Made by a program: the position numbers and the translations under genes. Below are positions 19,846-28,961 of a stretch of DNA of 64,000 bases, piece by piece; the stretch's first letter is position 1; every line of letters starts with the position of its first letter. Under the pieces are notes generated by a model. That model worked only from the letters and a program-made list of their open reading frames with translations, searched no databases and was not told where the DNA came from. Origin of the DNA: a virus; the IMG/VR virus record IMGVR_UViG_3300025237_000002, positions 46,536 to 110,535 of that record; one strand, written 5' to 3'.

Positions 19846-20482
19846 AATACCATACAGATTTGGTAAATCATTCAAGTTCCAAGCACCTGATGATTTCACA
19901 CTAGAAATCAGTGTAACCAACGACCCTAGAAGTGCTGGTACAGCATACTATTACACCTTTGATATGTTTATTGATAGTGTACTAATTGATTCATTACCTG
20001 AACCTGTAAAAGGTAGGGAATGGGACCATTATATGGACCTTCCATATGACCAAAGCATACCTGAAGAGTTTATAAATGCTCTTCTAAAAGTTGGTTATAT
20101 AGTTGATAATCAATTCTTTGAAAATGGGGCTGCCCAATTTAGTAAATACCACAAACTTTATGTGACCAAAGCTGATAATCAAACTAAAATAATGTTAAAT
20201 AACATTAAGAAAGTTGAGCCACAAGATAAGAAATGGAAGTTAAAGTTCAACAGATTTCTTAATATGAATGAAACAAGATTGATTGTCGAAATGCGAGGGC
20301 ATTGTGTTGGTGGTAGTTATACACATGATTGGGAAGTAACACCAAGCTACATTAGTCGATTACAAGAAGTAACATGTAGAAAGGTTGAGTTTCTATCACG
20401 TAAAAATGGTGGAATTAGTTCGGATATCTATAGATTCGCAATACATCTTGATAGTAAAACACTTAAATCCCCAAAACTTTAG
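19832..20482 (+). CDS. hypothetical protein
   Basis: 216 aa ORF. Confidence 0.7.
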   Translation: MKNVKIPYRFGKSFKFQAPDDFTLEISVTNDPRSAGTAYYYTFDMFIDSVLIDSLPEPVKGREWDHYMDLPYDQSIPEEFINALLKVGYIVDNQFFENGAAQFSKYHKLYVTKADNQTKIMLNNIKKVEPQDKKWKLKFNRFLNMNETRLIVEMRGHCVGGSYTHDWEVTPSYISRLQEVTCRKVEFLSRKNGGISSDIYRFAIHLDSKTLKSPKL

Positions 20483-20547
20483 ATAGTATAATTTGGTAGT
20501 GTCAATTATATGTTGTATATTTGTAGAATATTAAAACAATATATGTT

Positions 20548-20793
20548 ATGAGAACAATATACTACGGAAATACCCACGAAACAAGTGCAAAGTACAGACC
20601 CATCGCCATGTATTCATACACATTTAATAAAATATTAAACTCTTGTGAAGGGCATTATGGTTGTGGTGGTGTCAATAAAGACTCTTACTACGTAAATGTC
20701 AATGATTGGGAAAAGGTTATTAAAATAGTCAATAAATCAATCGTTGATGGTCATAGTGTATTCACTTTAAGAACAACTAAAATAAAACTATAA
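20548..20793 (+). CDS. hypothetical protein
   Basis: ORF after promoter. Confidence 0.65.
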   Translation: MRTIYYGNTHETSAKYRPIAMYSYTFNKILNSCEGHYGCGGVNKDSYYVNVNDWEKVIKIVNKSIVDGHSVFTLRTTKIKL

Positions 20794-20794
20794 C

Positions 20795-21160
20795 ATGAAA
20801 TATATCCTATTATTACTTACGATTATGTTGATGAATTCTTGTATAGAACCTTATAAGTCACCATACCCTAGATATACACTAAAGACTCAAACATTCATTC
20901 CAGACTCTTTAAAACTTCAATACCGTACTTGGGTTACCGAAACGGTAAGAGCCGCTTCAGAAAATATGACTGGTGGTGATTATGAAGATGCTGATGAAAC
21001 GATACTTCAATCGGAGGAAACCGCTAAACGATTGTTTGGTGTTGATGTTGTTGGACTTGAACTAGAAATTAACGATGACTATTGGGATGATATTGATTTA
21101 TTGCCTAATCAGTTAACTAGAAAAGAACATAGAATATTAGATAGCTTACGGATACGATAA
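20795..21160 (+). CDS. putative lipoprotein
   Basis: signal peptide ending LMNSC. Confidence 0.6.
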   Translation: MKYILLLLTIMLMNSCIEPYKSPYPRYTLKTQTFIPDSLKLQYRTWVTETVRAASENMTGGDYEDADETILQSEETAKRLFGVDVVGLELEINDDYWDDIDLLPNQLTRKEHRILDSLRIR

Positions 21161-21171
21161 AATTTAAACTG

Positions 21172-21846
21172 ATGACATTAAAAGACCTAAAATTACATTA
21201 TAGAGTTTATAAGAATGATAAACAATATCATTTAAGTACACTAGAGGTTCAAACCACTGGTAGAGACGTATATAAGTATATTTGTAGCGTCACTAAAGAT
21301 GGTGGGTATTTCAGACTTGGAGATAAAATACCAACTAGTAAAATTGAAGTTCTCTTGGAGCAAATTCAAGAGTATTTAAACATAATTGATTACGATAGTT
21401 CTTACTACAACCCTAATTATCGAGAAGGATTTGCACAAGACCTTTTCGTTTACGATAAATTAAGAGAGTATGGGTATAGACGTGAACATATGCGTGATTG
21501 CTTCACACCAACAAGAGAAAGTATTTACGGGCTAACTGTTAGTTCAGTTCAAATTTGGTATAATATTAACGAAGAAAATAAAGTGGTTGAATTATCCCTA
21601 GCGGGTGCTAATGATAATGGATGGATTACAACTAAATCATCCTTTGATTTTAAGGATATTCACAAGACCATTGATAACCTATTAAAACCACTCCTACTTA
21701 CTGAGGGAATTAAAGATATTCAACTATCTGATAAGATGTTAATGGGTGATGTAGAATTATCAATCAATAAACTTAAAGGTCTTAATATCACAACCTCTAA
21801 ACTAGAATTAAAAGAAAAATTAATAGAAATGGCAAATGCCTTATAA
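21172..21846 (+). CDS. hypothetical protein
   Basis: 224 aa ORF. Confidence 0.7.
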   Translation: MTLKDLKLHYRVYKNDKQYHLSTLEVQTTGRDVYKYICSVTKDGGYFRLGDKIPTSKIEVLLEQIQEYLNIIDYDSSYYNPNYREGFAQDLFVYDKLREYGYRREHMRDCFTPTRESIYGLTVSSVQIWYNINEENKVVELSLAGANDNGWITTKSSFDFKDIHKTIDNLLKPLLLTEGIKDIQLSDKMLMGDVELSINKLKGLNITTSKLELKEKLIEMANAL

Positions 21847-21847
21847 T

Positions 21848-22354
21848 ATGAAAATAACAAAAGAAAAAATAGAGGTATATAAAATTCGTGGTCTTAAGGG
21901 TGGTGCATGGGCAGACATTACATTAGATAGAGGTGAGTCAAGTGGTAGATTACAAATAGCTTCCGACTATGGCAATTGGTCATACTATTGGGGTTCTTGT
22001 GGGGAATCATTTAATAAATTTTTATGTAGTTTAGATATTCATTATACAGCTGGTAAATTCGGTGAATCAGATTGGTTTGACCACAATGCAACTATCTCTA
22101 ATCTAGTGAATAGAATTGATGAATATAGTGAAGATTATCCAGACCTTAAATCAGTTTTATTGGAAGAATTAGATAATCTTAAAAGTGCATACGATAAAGA
22201 TGAATTCACTCACTCCATGTGGAATTGTGATAACATTTTGCATATGGAAGGACATCAACCAGATTTAATAAAAGATATTACTCCAAGTTTCAATCAATTT
22301 TGGGATAAAATATGGTTAGGTTTTGTAGAACACTTAAAAAAAGAAGATGAATAA
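21848..22354 (+). CDS. hypothetical phage protein
   Basis: SDYGNWSYYW motif; start corrected. Confidence 0.7.
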   Translation: MKITKEKIEVYKIRGLKGGAWADITLDRGESSGRLQIASDYGNWSYYWGSCGESFNKFLCSLDIHYTAGKFGESDWFDHNATISNLVNRIDEYSEDYPDLKSVLLEELDNLKSAYDKDEFTHSMWNCDNILHMEGHQPDLIKDITPSFNQFWDKIWLGFVEHLKKEDE

Positions 22355-22784
22355 ATATAATGGTTCAACGTTAGAAGCAACACACTCATTTGTCGTAATG
22401 CCAAAGGATTGTAACTTCAATAATAACACAAATAACAACGATAAGAATGACATTCTGTTCGGTGGTACGTTAATGTATAATATTGATTACTCTGGAGCTA
22501 AAATAGCTAGAAGAGCAACCTATGGTGTTGATTGTGATATGATTGTCACAGCATCAATGGATAGACTTAATTTTGAGAAACCAGCGTTTTTAGGTGATAT
22601 TATCTCTATGATGGCAACTATCAAATCATTAGGTACAAGTTCAATCAGTATTAGAGTTAAGGTTACAAGAGAAAGCCCAATTGGTGAGATGGAACAAATT
22701 TGTTCAGCCAATATGACCTTTGTCTCAATGAAACAAGGTAAACCAACACCACATAACTTAAGTTTTAACAATTTAATTAGGTAA
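22347..22784 (+). CDS. acyl-CoA thioesterase (hotdog fold, YciA-like)
   Basis: P-D-N...LFGG..M..ID, VTASMDRLNFEKP, GTSS, TFV. Confidence 0.8.
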   Translation: MNKYNGSTLEATHSFVVMPKDCNFNNNTNNNDKNDILFGGTLMYNIDYSGAKIARRATYGVDCDMIVTASMDRLNFEKPAFLGDIISMMATIKSLGTSSISIRVKVTRESPIGEMEQICSANMTFVSMKQGKPTPHNLSFNNLIR

Positions 22785-22795
22785 AATATAAGACT

Positions 22796-23221
22796 ATGGG
22801 TAAAAAAGAAATACTAACTAATAAATTAGAAAAAGGAAAATATATAAGCCCCGTTTTATCTGGTAACATTAAAAATTATTTAATAGATATAGATGGTACT
22901 ATCACTGAAGATGTGCCAAACGAGGACCCAAAACGTATGTCTACATGTAAACCATTTCCAGATGCGTTGGTAACATTAAATAAATGGTATGATGAAGGTC
23001 ATATGATATGTTTTTTTACCTCTCGTACTGAAGAACATCGTGAAGTAACTGAAACTTGGTTAAAAAAACATGGTTTTAAATACCATACACTACTACTTGG
23101 TAAACCACGGGGTGGAAACTATCATTGGGTAGATAATCATTTGGTTAAAGCCACAAGATATAATGGTAAGTTTACAGATATGATTGAGAAAGAAGTAGTG
23201 ATTGAAGTGTTTAAAGATTAA
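22796..23221 (+). CDS. HAD-superfamily phosphatase
   Basis: IDIDGTI, FTSR, GKP, WVD motifs. Confidence 0.8.
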   Translation: MGKKEILTNKLEKGKYISPVLSGNIKNYLIDIDGTITEDVPNEDPKRMSTCKPFPDALVTLNKWYDEGHMICFFTSRTEEHREVTETWLKKHGFKYHTLLLGKPRGGNYHWVDNHLVKATRYNGKFTDMIEKEVVIEVFKD

Positions 23222-23285
23222 TATAAATTTGGTTATTCCATTTTAATGTTGTATATTTGTATAAAATAAATAAATCACGAAAATT

Positions 23286-23657
23286 ATGAAAACATTTTTA
23301 ACTATATTATCATTCATCTTGATATTTACTGGATGTTATTTTTTAATAGGTTTATCTGTAGATAAATCAGAGATTAGGACTAAAAAAACAGAAACACTAG
23401 ATGTTATGTCACTTAGGGTTGATGATGAATCAGAGTATCATTTAACAGCTTTATCTAGTATGTCTGGACAAGTAGAATCTTGGCACGACTTACGTAGCAA
23501 TGTGTTAGATATAAGTTTTTGTGATTGTTCAGAACCCAAAGCATATATTGAAGTGAATAGTAGTAATAAAGGTACTTTTACTAGAAATACTGTAGGTAGA
23601 GATTCATTTATTATAAAACTACCACGTAACTTTAAAATCAACTACTTTGACGATTAA
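23286..23657 (+). CDS. membrane-anchored hypothetical protein
   Basis: N-terminal TM. Confidence 0.65.
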   Translation: MKTFLTILSFILIFTGCYFLIGLSVDKSEIRTKKTETLDVMSLRVDDESEYHLTALSSMSGQVESWHDLRSNVLDISFCDCSEPKAYIEVNSSNKGTFTRNTVGRDSFIIKLPRNFKINYFDD

Positions 23658-23691
23658 CTTATATTATAAATTAAAACTAAAATAAAACTAA

Positions 23692-24312
23692 ATGAAAAAA
23701 TTAACAACATTAATTATGATACTTTTTGTATCATTGACAACATTATCACAAAGTGCTTCAGTTTTTGATGAAGTACTAGACACAAGCAAAGACCTTATCG
23801 GGCTATCCAATTTAGCCGATATTGACTCAATTAAAGACCTTTTTGTTCACTATACCAAAGAAGTGGTAGAAGGTTCTAAAGATGTGGTTTCTACTAGTAT
23901 AACCATAGTAGAAGACGCAGTTACTATGTTAGTAAAAGAAAGTACTATCATTGTAAGACAATTCATAATCTTTACATCGATTAGCTTTGCAATCCCAATT
24001 CTATTTGGGCTATTCTTACTATGGGTCGGATTTAGTAAAGTATCAAAATATTTCATTACACCAAAAGATATTGCAATATTAAGTAATAAAATTAGAGATG
24101 AAGAAGAGATAGAGTATAAGAAAGGTAAAGCTTATATCCTATATATGAATAATTATTTTAGAAATAAATTAACTCTAATAGGATTTAAAACCACACAATT
24201 ATCAATATACGCACTTGCAACCTTGTTAATTGTGGAAAATATAATGCCATTTATTAAAGTAACATTCTTTAGTAAATTGTACCTAGTTGAATTATTAACT
24301 CAATACATATAA
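23692..24312 (+). CDS. membrane protein
   Basis: signal peptide plus TM helices. Confidence 0.65.
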   Translation: MKKLTTLIMILFVSLTTLSQSASVFDEVLDTSKDLIGLSNLADIDSIKDLFVHYTKEVVEGSKDVVSTSITIVEDAVTMLVKESTIIVRQFIIFTSISFAIPILFGLFLLWVGFSKVSKYFITPKDIAILSNKIRDEEEIEYKKGKAYILYMNNYFRNKLTLIGFKTTQLSIYALATLLIVENIMPFIKVTFFSKLYLVELLTQYI

Positions 24313-24316
24313 GATA

Positions 24317-25144
24317 ATGTCAAAAACATCAAAAATATTATACCAACACAAGAATAATGTATTAGGTAAAAAATCACAAACAGCTGGAGTGTCTAACAAA
24401 AAAGAGTTATTACTTCTTGGTGCGCCAAAAGAAACTGATATAGTATTTGAAAGTCTAAATATTAGAAGTCAAAGTGATTTTGCTAAAGAGCAAATGAAAG
24501 ATACTATCGAAATTGATACCGTTTCTAAATTCTATAATGGTGCTGAAACTTTCAAAGGCACACACCTTAAAGCAATTTGCAATAAATATTTCCTCGCAGT
24601 GGTATCAATCGATTCCTTCAAAGGGATATTTCCAGATGTTGCCGCTAAAGCAATTCTAGACTTCACAAAAAAAAATGATTCTACTATTATGTCAACTAGT
24701 AGATTGTACATCATGGCACATAGGAAGTGGTTTAGAGCCTCTATGAGTGATAAACGAATAAATGAACCTTTCATTATCTTTTATAAAGAAAATCATAATA
24801 ATGAAAGAGCTAATGGTATGGCTATATTAAGTTATAGTAATGTCACACAAATTTATTCATCAGGTAATGACTTCTCTAACTTTAATAAAATTACCAAGTA
24901 TTTTACATTAGAGAAATTTTCAAGTAAATCCGATGCACCACTTGGTATTGCAAATTATTCATTACTATTAGTATATTCAATACTAATGTGCGTATCTATA
25001 TATCACGCATCATTTGGTAGTATTCTAGCGACCAATATAATATTATTGGGTGCTGCAACAATATTTAATTGGAATTCCAAATATAAGAAACATTGGAATT
25101 CAATTCCTAAAGATAGAGACACGTTTTATGAAATATCTGAATAA
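24317..25144 (+). CDS. membrane protein
   Basis: two C-terminal TMs. Confidence 0.65.
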   Translation: MSKTSKILYQHKNNVLGKKSQTAGVSNKKELLLLGAPKETDIVFESLNIRSQSDFAKEQMKDTIEIDTVSKFYNGAETFKGTHLKAICNKYFLAVVSIDSFKGIFPDVAAKAILDFTKKNDSTIMSTSRLYIMAHRKWFRASMSDKRINEPFIIFYKENHNNERANGMAILSYSNVTQIYSSGNDFSNFNKITKYFTLEKFSSKSDAPLGIANYSLLLVYSILMCVSIYHASFGSILATNIILLGAATIFNWNSKYKKHWNSIPKDRDTFYEISE

Positions 25145-25145
25145 T

Positions 25146-25418
25146 ATGAAAACACTCATCATAATAGTTATATCATTAACAATTTTATTACCTTGGTATC
25201 TATTACCAAATGAACCTTACTATAAAATTGTAGATACTAAAGAATATATATCGTTTGAAAGAGCTTACTCTATTCTTGTACAACCCATAACTGATGATAA
25301 TGATTATTATTATACAGAATCAAGAACTTATGAGAAAACAAGAGGTTATTTTCCTTTTGTATATACAAAAAAACAAATATCAAAAACGCCAAGATTATAT
25401 TGGCATAGTACACGATAA
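25146..25418 (+). CDS. membrane-anchored hypothetical protein
   Basis: start corrected; N-terminal TM. Confidence 0.6.
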   Translation: MKTLIIIVISLTILLPWYLLPNEPYYKIVDTKEYISFERAYSILVQPITDDNDYYYTESRTYEKTRGYFPFVYTKKQISKTPRLYWHSTR

Positions 25419-25420
25419 AA

Positions 25421-25609
25421 ATGAGTGATAAAACAAAAGCATATGGTGCGCTAATACTTGGTTTAATTGGGTTCTTCACTCTAGGTGGGTATACAATTAC
25501 GACTACTAAGTTTGATGGGACAATTGAACTTCATAGATGGGCATTAACTGGTTTCTTTGCGGTGATGTTTATTGGCGTAGCTATTGAGAAATTTAGAAAA
25601 GGTGTATGA
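25421..25609 (+). CDS. small 2-TM membrane protein
   Basis: two hydrophobic helices. Confidence 0.6.
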   Translation: MSDKTKAYGALILGLIGFFTLGGYTITTTKFDGTIELHRWALTGFFAVMFIGVAIEKFRKGV

Positions 25610-26142
25610 TATTAGAAAAGGTCTTATGTATTGTAGGTGAAGCTAATAGAACTGGAGTTATGCCTGAAGGTAAAACTAGAGAATTTATTGCACTTCATAA
25701 TCACCCACATAATGATAAGGAGAATGGACAGTCTAGGTCACATTATCATGGTGATTCAAGATTCGATGTACCCCAACCTCATATCCCTAAAGATTGGCAT
25801 ATGAGAAGGTCTGGTGGTGCAAGGATAGTCATTAATAAAGATGGTTCCTTTGTCGATTTTGGTGGATACTATAAGATGTACCTTGAAGAAATAGAGTTAT
25901 ACCGTAATGATGAACCTCAGATGAGTAAAACTACACTTGACCTAATCACTAATTCTAAATTAAAGCATAAGTGCATTCATAAAGGTAAATGCCCACATAG
26001 AGGTTTTGACCTATCAAATGAAATACCAGTGGATGGTATTATTACATGTCCTCTACATAGCTTACAGTTTGATGCTGAAACGGGTGTATTAATAACTGAC
26101 ATGTCACTAGTTAAACCATATAATCCAAATCCTTGGGGTTAA
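25606..26142 (+). CDS. Rieske [2Fe-2S] domain protein
   Basis: CPHRG...ITCPLHSLQFDAETG. Confidence 0.8.
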   Translation: MILEKVLCIVGEANRTGVMPEGKTREFIALHNHPHNDKENGQSRSHYHGDSRFDVPQPHIPKDWHMRRSGGARIVINKDGSFVDFGGYYKMYLEEIELYRNDEPQMSKTTLDLITNSKLKHKCIHKGKCPHRGFDLSNEIPVDGIITCPLHSLQFDAETGVLITDMSLVKPYNPNPWG

Positions 26143-26152
26143 ATATAATAAA

Positions 26153-26425
26153 ATGAATAAAAAAGACCTATATGCAAATACAAAGATGTTCTTGTTCGCA
26201 AGATACCTGGCAACTTGCTATGCTGATGAACATATGAATGCTAATGGTAAGTCACAACACGATATGGAATATGACCCCGCAGAGGGAATGTCCGTACTAA
26301 ACCTTGAAGATGGCTATTGGTACATGGAACAACTGAAGCATTTCAATGACGTAGTTTACCCAAACTACATCAAAGGTGGTGGAGTTAAAGAAGCATCCGA
26401 ATTTATAACTAAGAATCATGGCTAA
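26153..26425 (+). CDS. hypothetical protein
   Basis: ORF. Confidence 0.65.
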   Translation: MNKKDLYANTKMFLFARYLATCYADEHMNANGKSQHDMEYDPAEGMSVLNLEDGYWYMEQLKHFNDVVYPNYIKGGGVKEASEFITKNHG

Positions 26426-26651
26426 AGATAGATATAAAATTTATAGAAGCACTACCAAGTATGGTAGCTTAAATGAAGCACGCAATAACGTTGGTATTGA
26501 TGAAGTGAATAATGCTATTGAAATGCACATGGAAAAAGATTGGTACAAACACTATGTAGAAATTCTTAAACTAATCGGTAAGCGATGGCTTAAAATTATC
26601 ATAATCCATGATGGTGTATTTATTAAAACTAAAAACTATCCAAATGAGTAA
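26418..26651 (+). CDS. hypothetical protein
   Basis: ORF. Confidence 0.55.
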   Translation: MAKDRYKIYRSTTKYGSLNEARNNVGIDEVNNAIEMHMEKDWYKHYVEILKLIGKRWLKIIIIHDGVFIKTKNYPNE

Positions 26652-27120
26652 ATTCCTAATAAAATTAATATGGTTCATAGTACTAACTATGGCTGTCATA
26701 GTATCATTCAATCTTCAATATAAGGATGGATATAAAGTTAGAGATTTGATAATATTTGCTAGAGTATTTTCCACTATATTACTTTTTATCTGGACTGTTG
26801 GAATGGGTGAAACTCTAAAAGAGATTGTCACTTTACGATACAAATTAATTGAAAATGGTTGGGATTATGAAGTTAAATACCTAATAATAGGTTGGTTTTT
26901 TATTCCATCTTGGAAGCCAATCAATGAAAAGTATCATAGCTACACATCTCAAAATATGTTTGGTGCTGAGACTCATGGTGGTTACTCAACCGATGTCACA
27001 TATAAGAGCAAAGGTAAGGCTTTAAAAGCAATTGAAGAACATAAATTAGAAATAAAAAAAGCTAGGGTAAAGTGGTTTAAAAAACCTGAACCTAAAAAAA
27101 GAAAAATAACATATCTATAA
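26644..27120 (+). CDS. membrane protein
   Basis: start corrected; two TMs. Confidence 0.6.
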   Translation: MSKFLIKLIWFIVLTMAVIVSFNLQYKDGYKVRDLIIFARVFSTILLFIWTVGMGETLKEIVTLRYKLIENGWDYEVKYLIIGWFFIPSWKPINEKYHSYTSQNMFGAETHGGYSTDVTYKSKGKALKAIEEHKLEIKKARVKWFKKPEPKKRKITYL

Positions 27121-27123
27121 ACT

Positions 27124-27417
27124 ATGACGCTAACTGAAGAAGTATTGAAAACTAAATTAGGAACTGAAATACCTATGACGACAAGGGGAATCCTATATCT
27201 ATGTGAGTATAAGTATGGTACACCTGAACTTATTATACACGATGAGAGATTGTATGATTCAGCTTATGAGGCACTTGAAGCATACGCTAACATACCGAAT
27301 CCTGAATCCCAATTGGTAACAGGTAATACATTCAATGAGCTAATCACCGACCTTATCCAGTTACATGAAGATGTGGAAAACGAGAAATGGTTGATTGAAT
27401 TAGCCGAATATCTATAA
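27124..27417 (+). CDS. hypothetical protein
   Basis: ORF. Confidence 0.65.
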   Translation: MTLTEEVLKTKLGTEIPMTTRGILYLCEYKYGTPELIIHDERLYDSAYEALEAYANIPNPESQLVTGNTFNELITDLIQLHEDVENEKWLIELAEYL

Positions 27418-27471
27418 TATATTTGGTAATGTGAAATATTAGTCATATATTTGTAATCTAAATAAGATAAT

Positions 27472-27828
27472 ATGAAAACAGAAGAAGAAATGGAAGATGA
27501 AAAAGTAGTAATGTTACCTATACTTCAGACAATGAAAAAACACCTACTACATTTAATTGAAGAAGGTGTACCACACGACTCTCATTATGGTTTATGTAAT
27601 GTAAGTATGGATTGTTTTAATGACCTTGAAAACCACAAAAAAAATACTATATTTAAAGCGTATTTATACGAGGTTAATAAACGAAAACGTATCTTCTGGA
27701 ATAATAATGGTGAGAAAGGTAGACGTATAAAAGGTGGTTACAATTTTTTTGGTTTCCATTGGAACCCTAGTGACACCAAATCAAGACTTAAATGGCTTGA
27801 TAAACAAATCGCAATCGAATCAAAATGA
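27472..27828 (+). CDS. hypothetical protein (paralogue of 35345-35683)
   Basis: shared LC...W.P....R..WL.K.I.IES. Confidence 0.65.
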   Translation: MKTEEEMEDEKVVMLPILQTMKKHLLHLIEEGVPHDSHYGLCNVSMDCFNDLENHKKNTIFKAYLYEVNKRKRIFWNNNGEKGRRIKGGYNFFGFHWNPSDTKSRLKWLDKQIAIESK

Positions 27829-27835
27829 ATCAACT

Positions 27836-27985
27836 ATGAAACCAATACACACAATTCTAATGCTAATTTCGTTGATACTAATGAGCGTAGCTTTTTTTAC
27901 CAAAACAGAAACTCTATTGTATTTGGCGTTAGCCATAGCATACGCAGACTCATTTATTTGGTTTCTTGAAACTAAAGATAATTAA
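27836..27985 (+). CDS. small membrane protein
   Basis: start corrected; two TMs. Confidence 0.5.
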   Translation: MKPIHTILMLISLILMSVAFFTKTETLLYLALAIAYADSFIWFLETKDN

Positions 27986-27996
27986 TAAGAGATAAT

Positions 27997-28323
27997 ATGG
28001 AAATACTTAAAAGACTTTTAAAGTTCGGAACCAAGTTATTAGCAGTAACTGCTTTGGCACTTGGAATCCTAATAATAGGACCATTCGTATACGTAGGAAC
28101 AATAATATTCTATGCAGTCCAAATCGTATGGGCTAAGATTGATTGGCAAACTTGTAAGTATTGTAACGAAAAGAAAGAGATGTTCTTTTACACTCACGAA
28201 ACACATATCCGAGACTCTGGTGATTATATCGAAGGAACTGAACAAATCTGTACGACATGTGCAATACCATACTTCGATAATGGAGGTAAAAAAGAATCCA
28301 ATGACGATACAACAACTAAATAA
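27997..28323 (+). CDS. membrane-anchored zinc-finger protein
   Basis: TM, CKYC...CTTC. Confidence 0.6.
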   Translation: MEILKRLLKFGTKLLAVTALALGILIIGPFVYVGTIIFYAVQIVWAKIDWQTCKYCNEKKEMFFYTHETHIRDSGDYIEGTEQICTTCAIPYFDNGGKKESNDDTTTK

Positions 28324-28543
28324 CAGTTTAGACTTACTAGACGAGATTCTAATCAACGATGACCCAATATTATTTAGGTTTGATGATTATGATACCGTAA
28401 TGGGAGTGCTTTTAGATGTAAAGATAGATGACTATGATTTGGAACTATTAAGCCCTGAGAATAAGGTAATGTTAGTCCACATACATATTGGTAAAGAGTC
28501 TAGAGAAAGGACCGCACGTAATAGAATGTTAAGAAGATACTAA
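28301..28543 (+). CDS. hypothetical protein
   Basis: start corrected. Confidence 0.55.
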   Translation: MTIQQLNNSLDLLDEILINDDPILFRFDDYDTVMGVLLDVKIDDYDLELLSPENKVMLVHIHIGKESRERTARNRMLRRY

Positions 28544-28824
28544 TGAGGTTTTTAAAGATAGATAGCTTACCGAAAGTATCCAAGATGTGGGTCGATAGAG
28601 ACCACATGATGTTACACGCTTGTTTTCAATTACTACAAGATTGTATGGAGAATGAACACGTTGATACTCATTGTAACTATGAAGCACATAAAGACTTCGT
28701 AGATGAGGTTAGATTCTTATATAAATGGTGGATTGAACGTAAGCACAATCTTACTGACAATGATAAAGAAGATGATGAAATGCTTGATAGATTGATGAAG
28801 ATTAGACGAATGTTATGGACTTAA
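28543..28824 (+). CDS. hypothetical phage protein
   Basis: TAATG-coupled ORF. Confidence 0.7.
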   Translation: MRFLKIDSLPKVSKMWVDRDHMMLHACFQLLQDCMENEHVDTHCNYEAHKDFVDEVRFLYKWWIERKHNLTDNDKEDDEMLDRLMKIRRMLWT

Positions 28825-28961
28825 AAATTAAATCACATATGAAACTAATTAAATTTTATTTGGGGTATATATTTTATACCCTCGTTGGTTATGGTTTAAT
28901 TATGTAGAATAATTTGGTAGTGTCAAATATATGACGTATATTTGTAATCTAAATAAAACAT

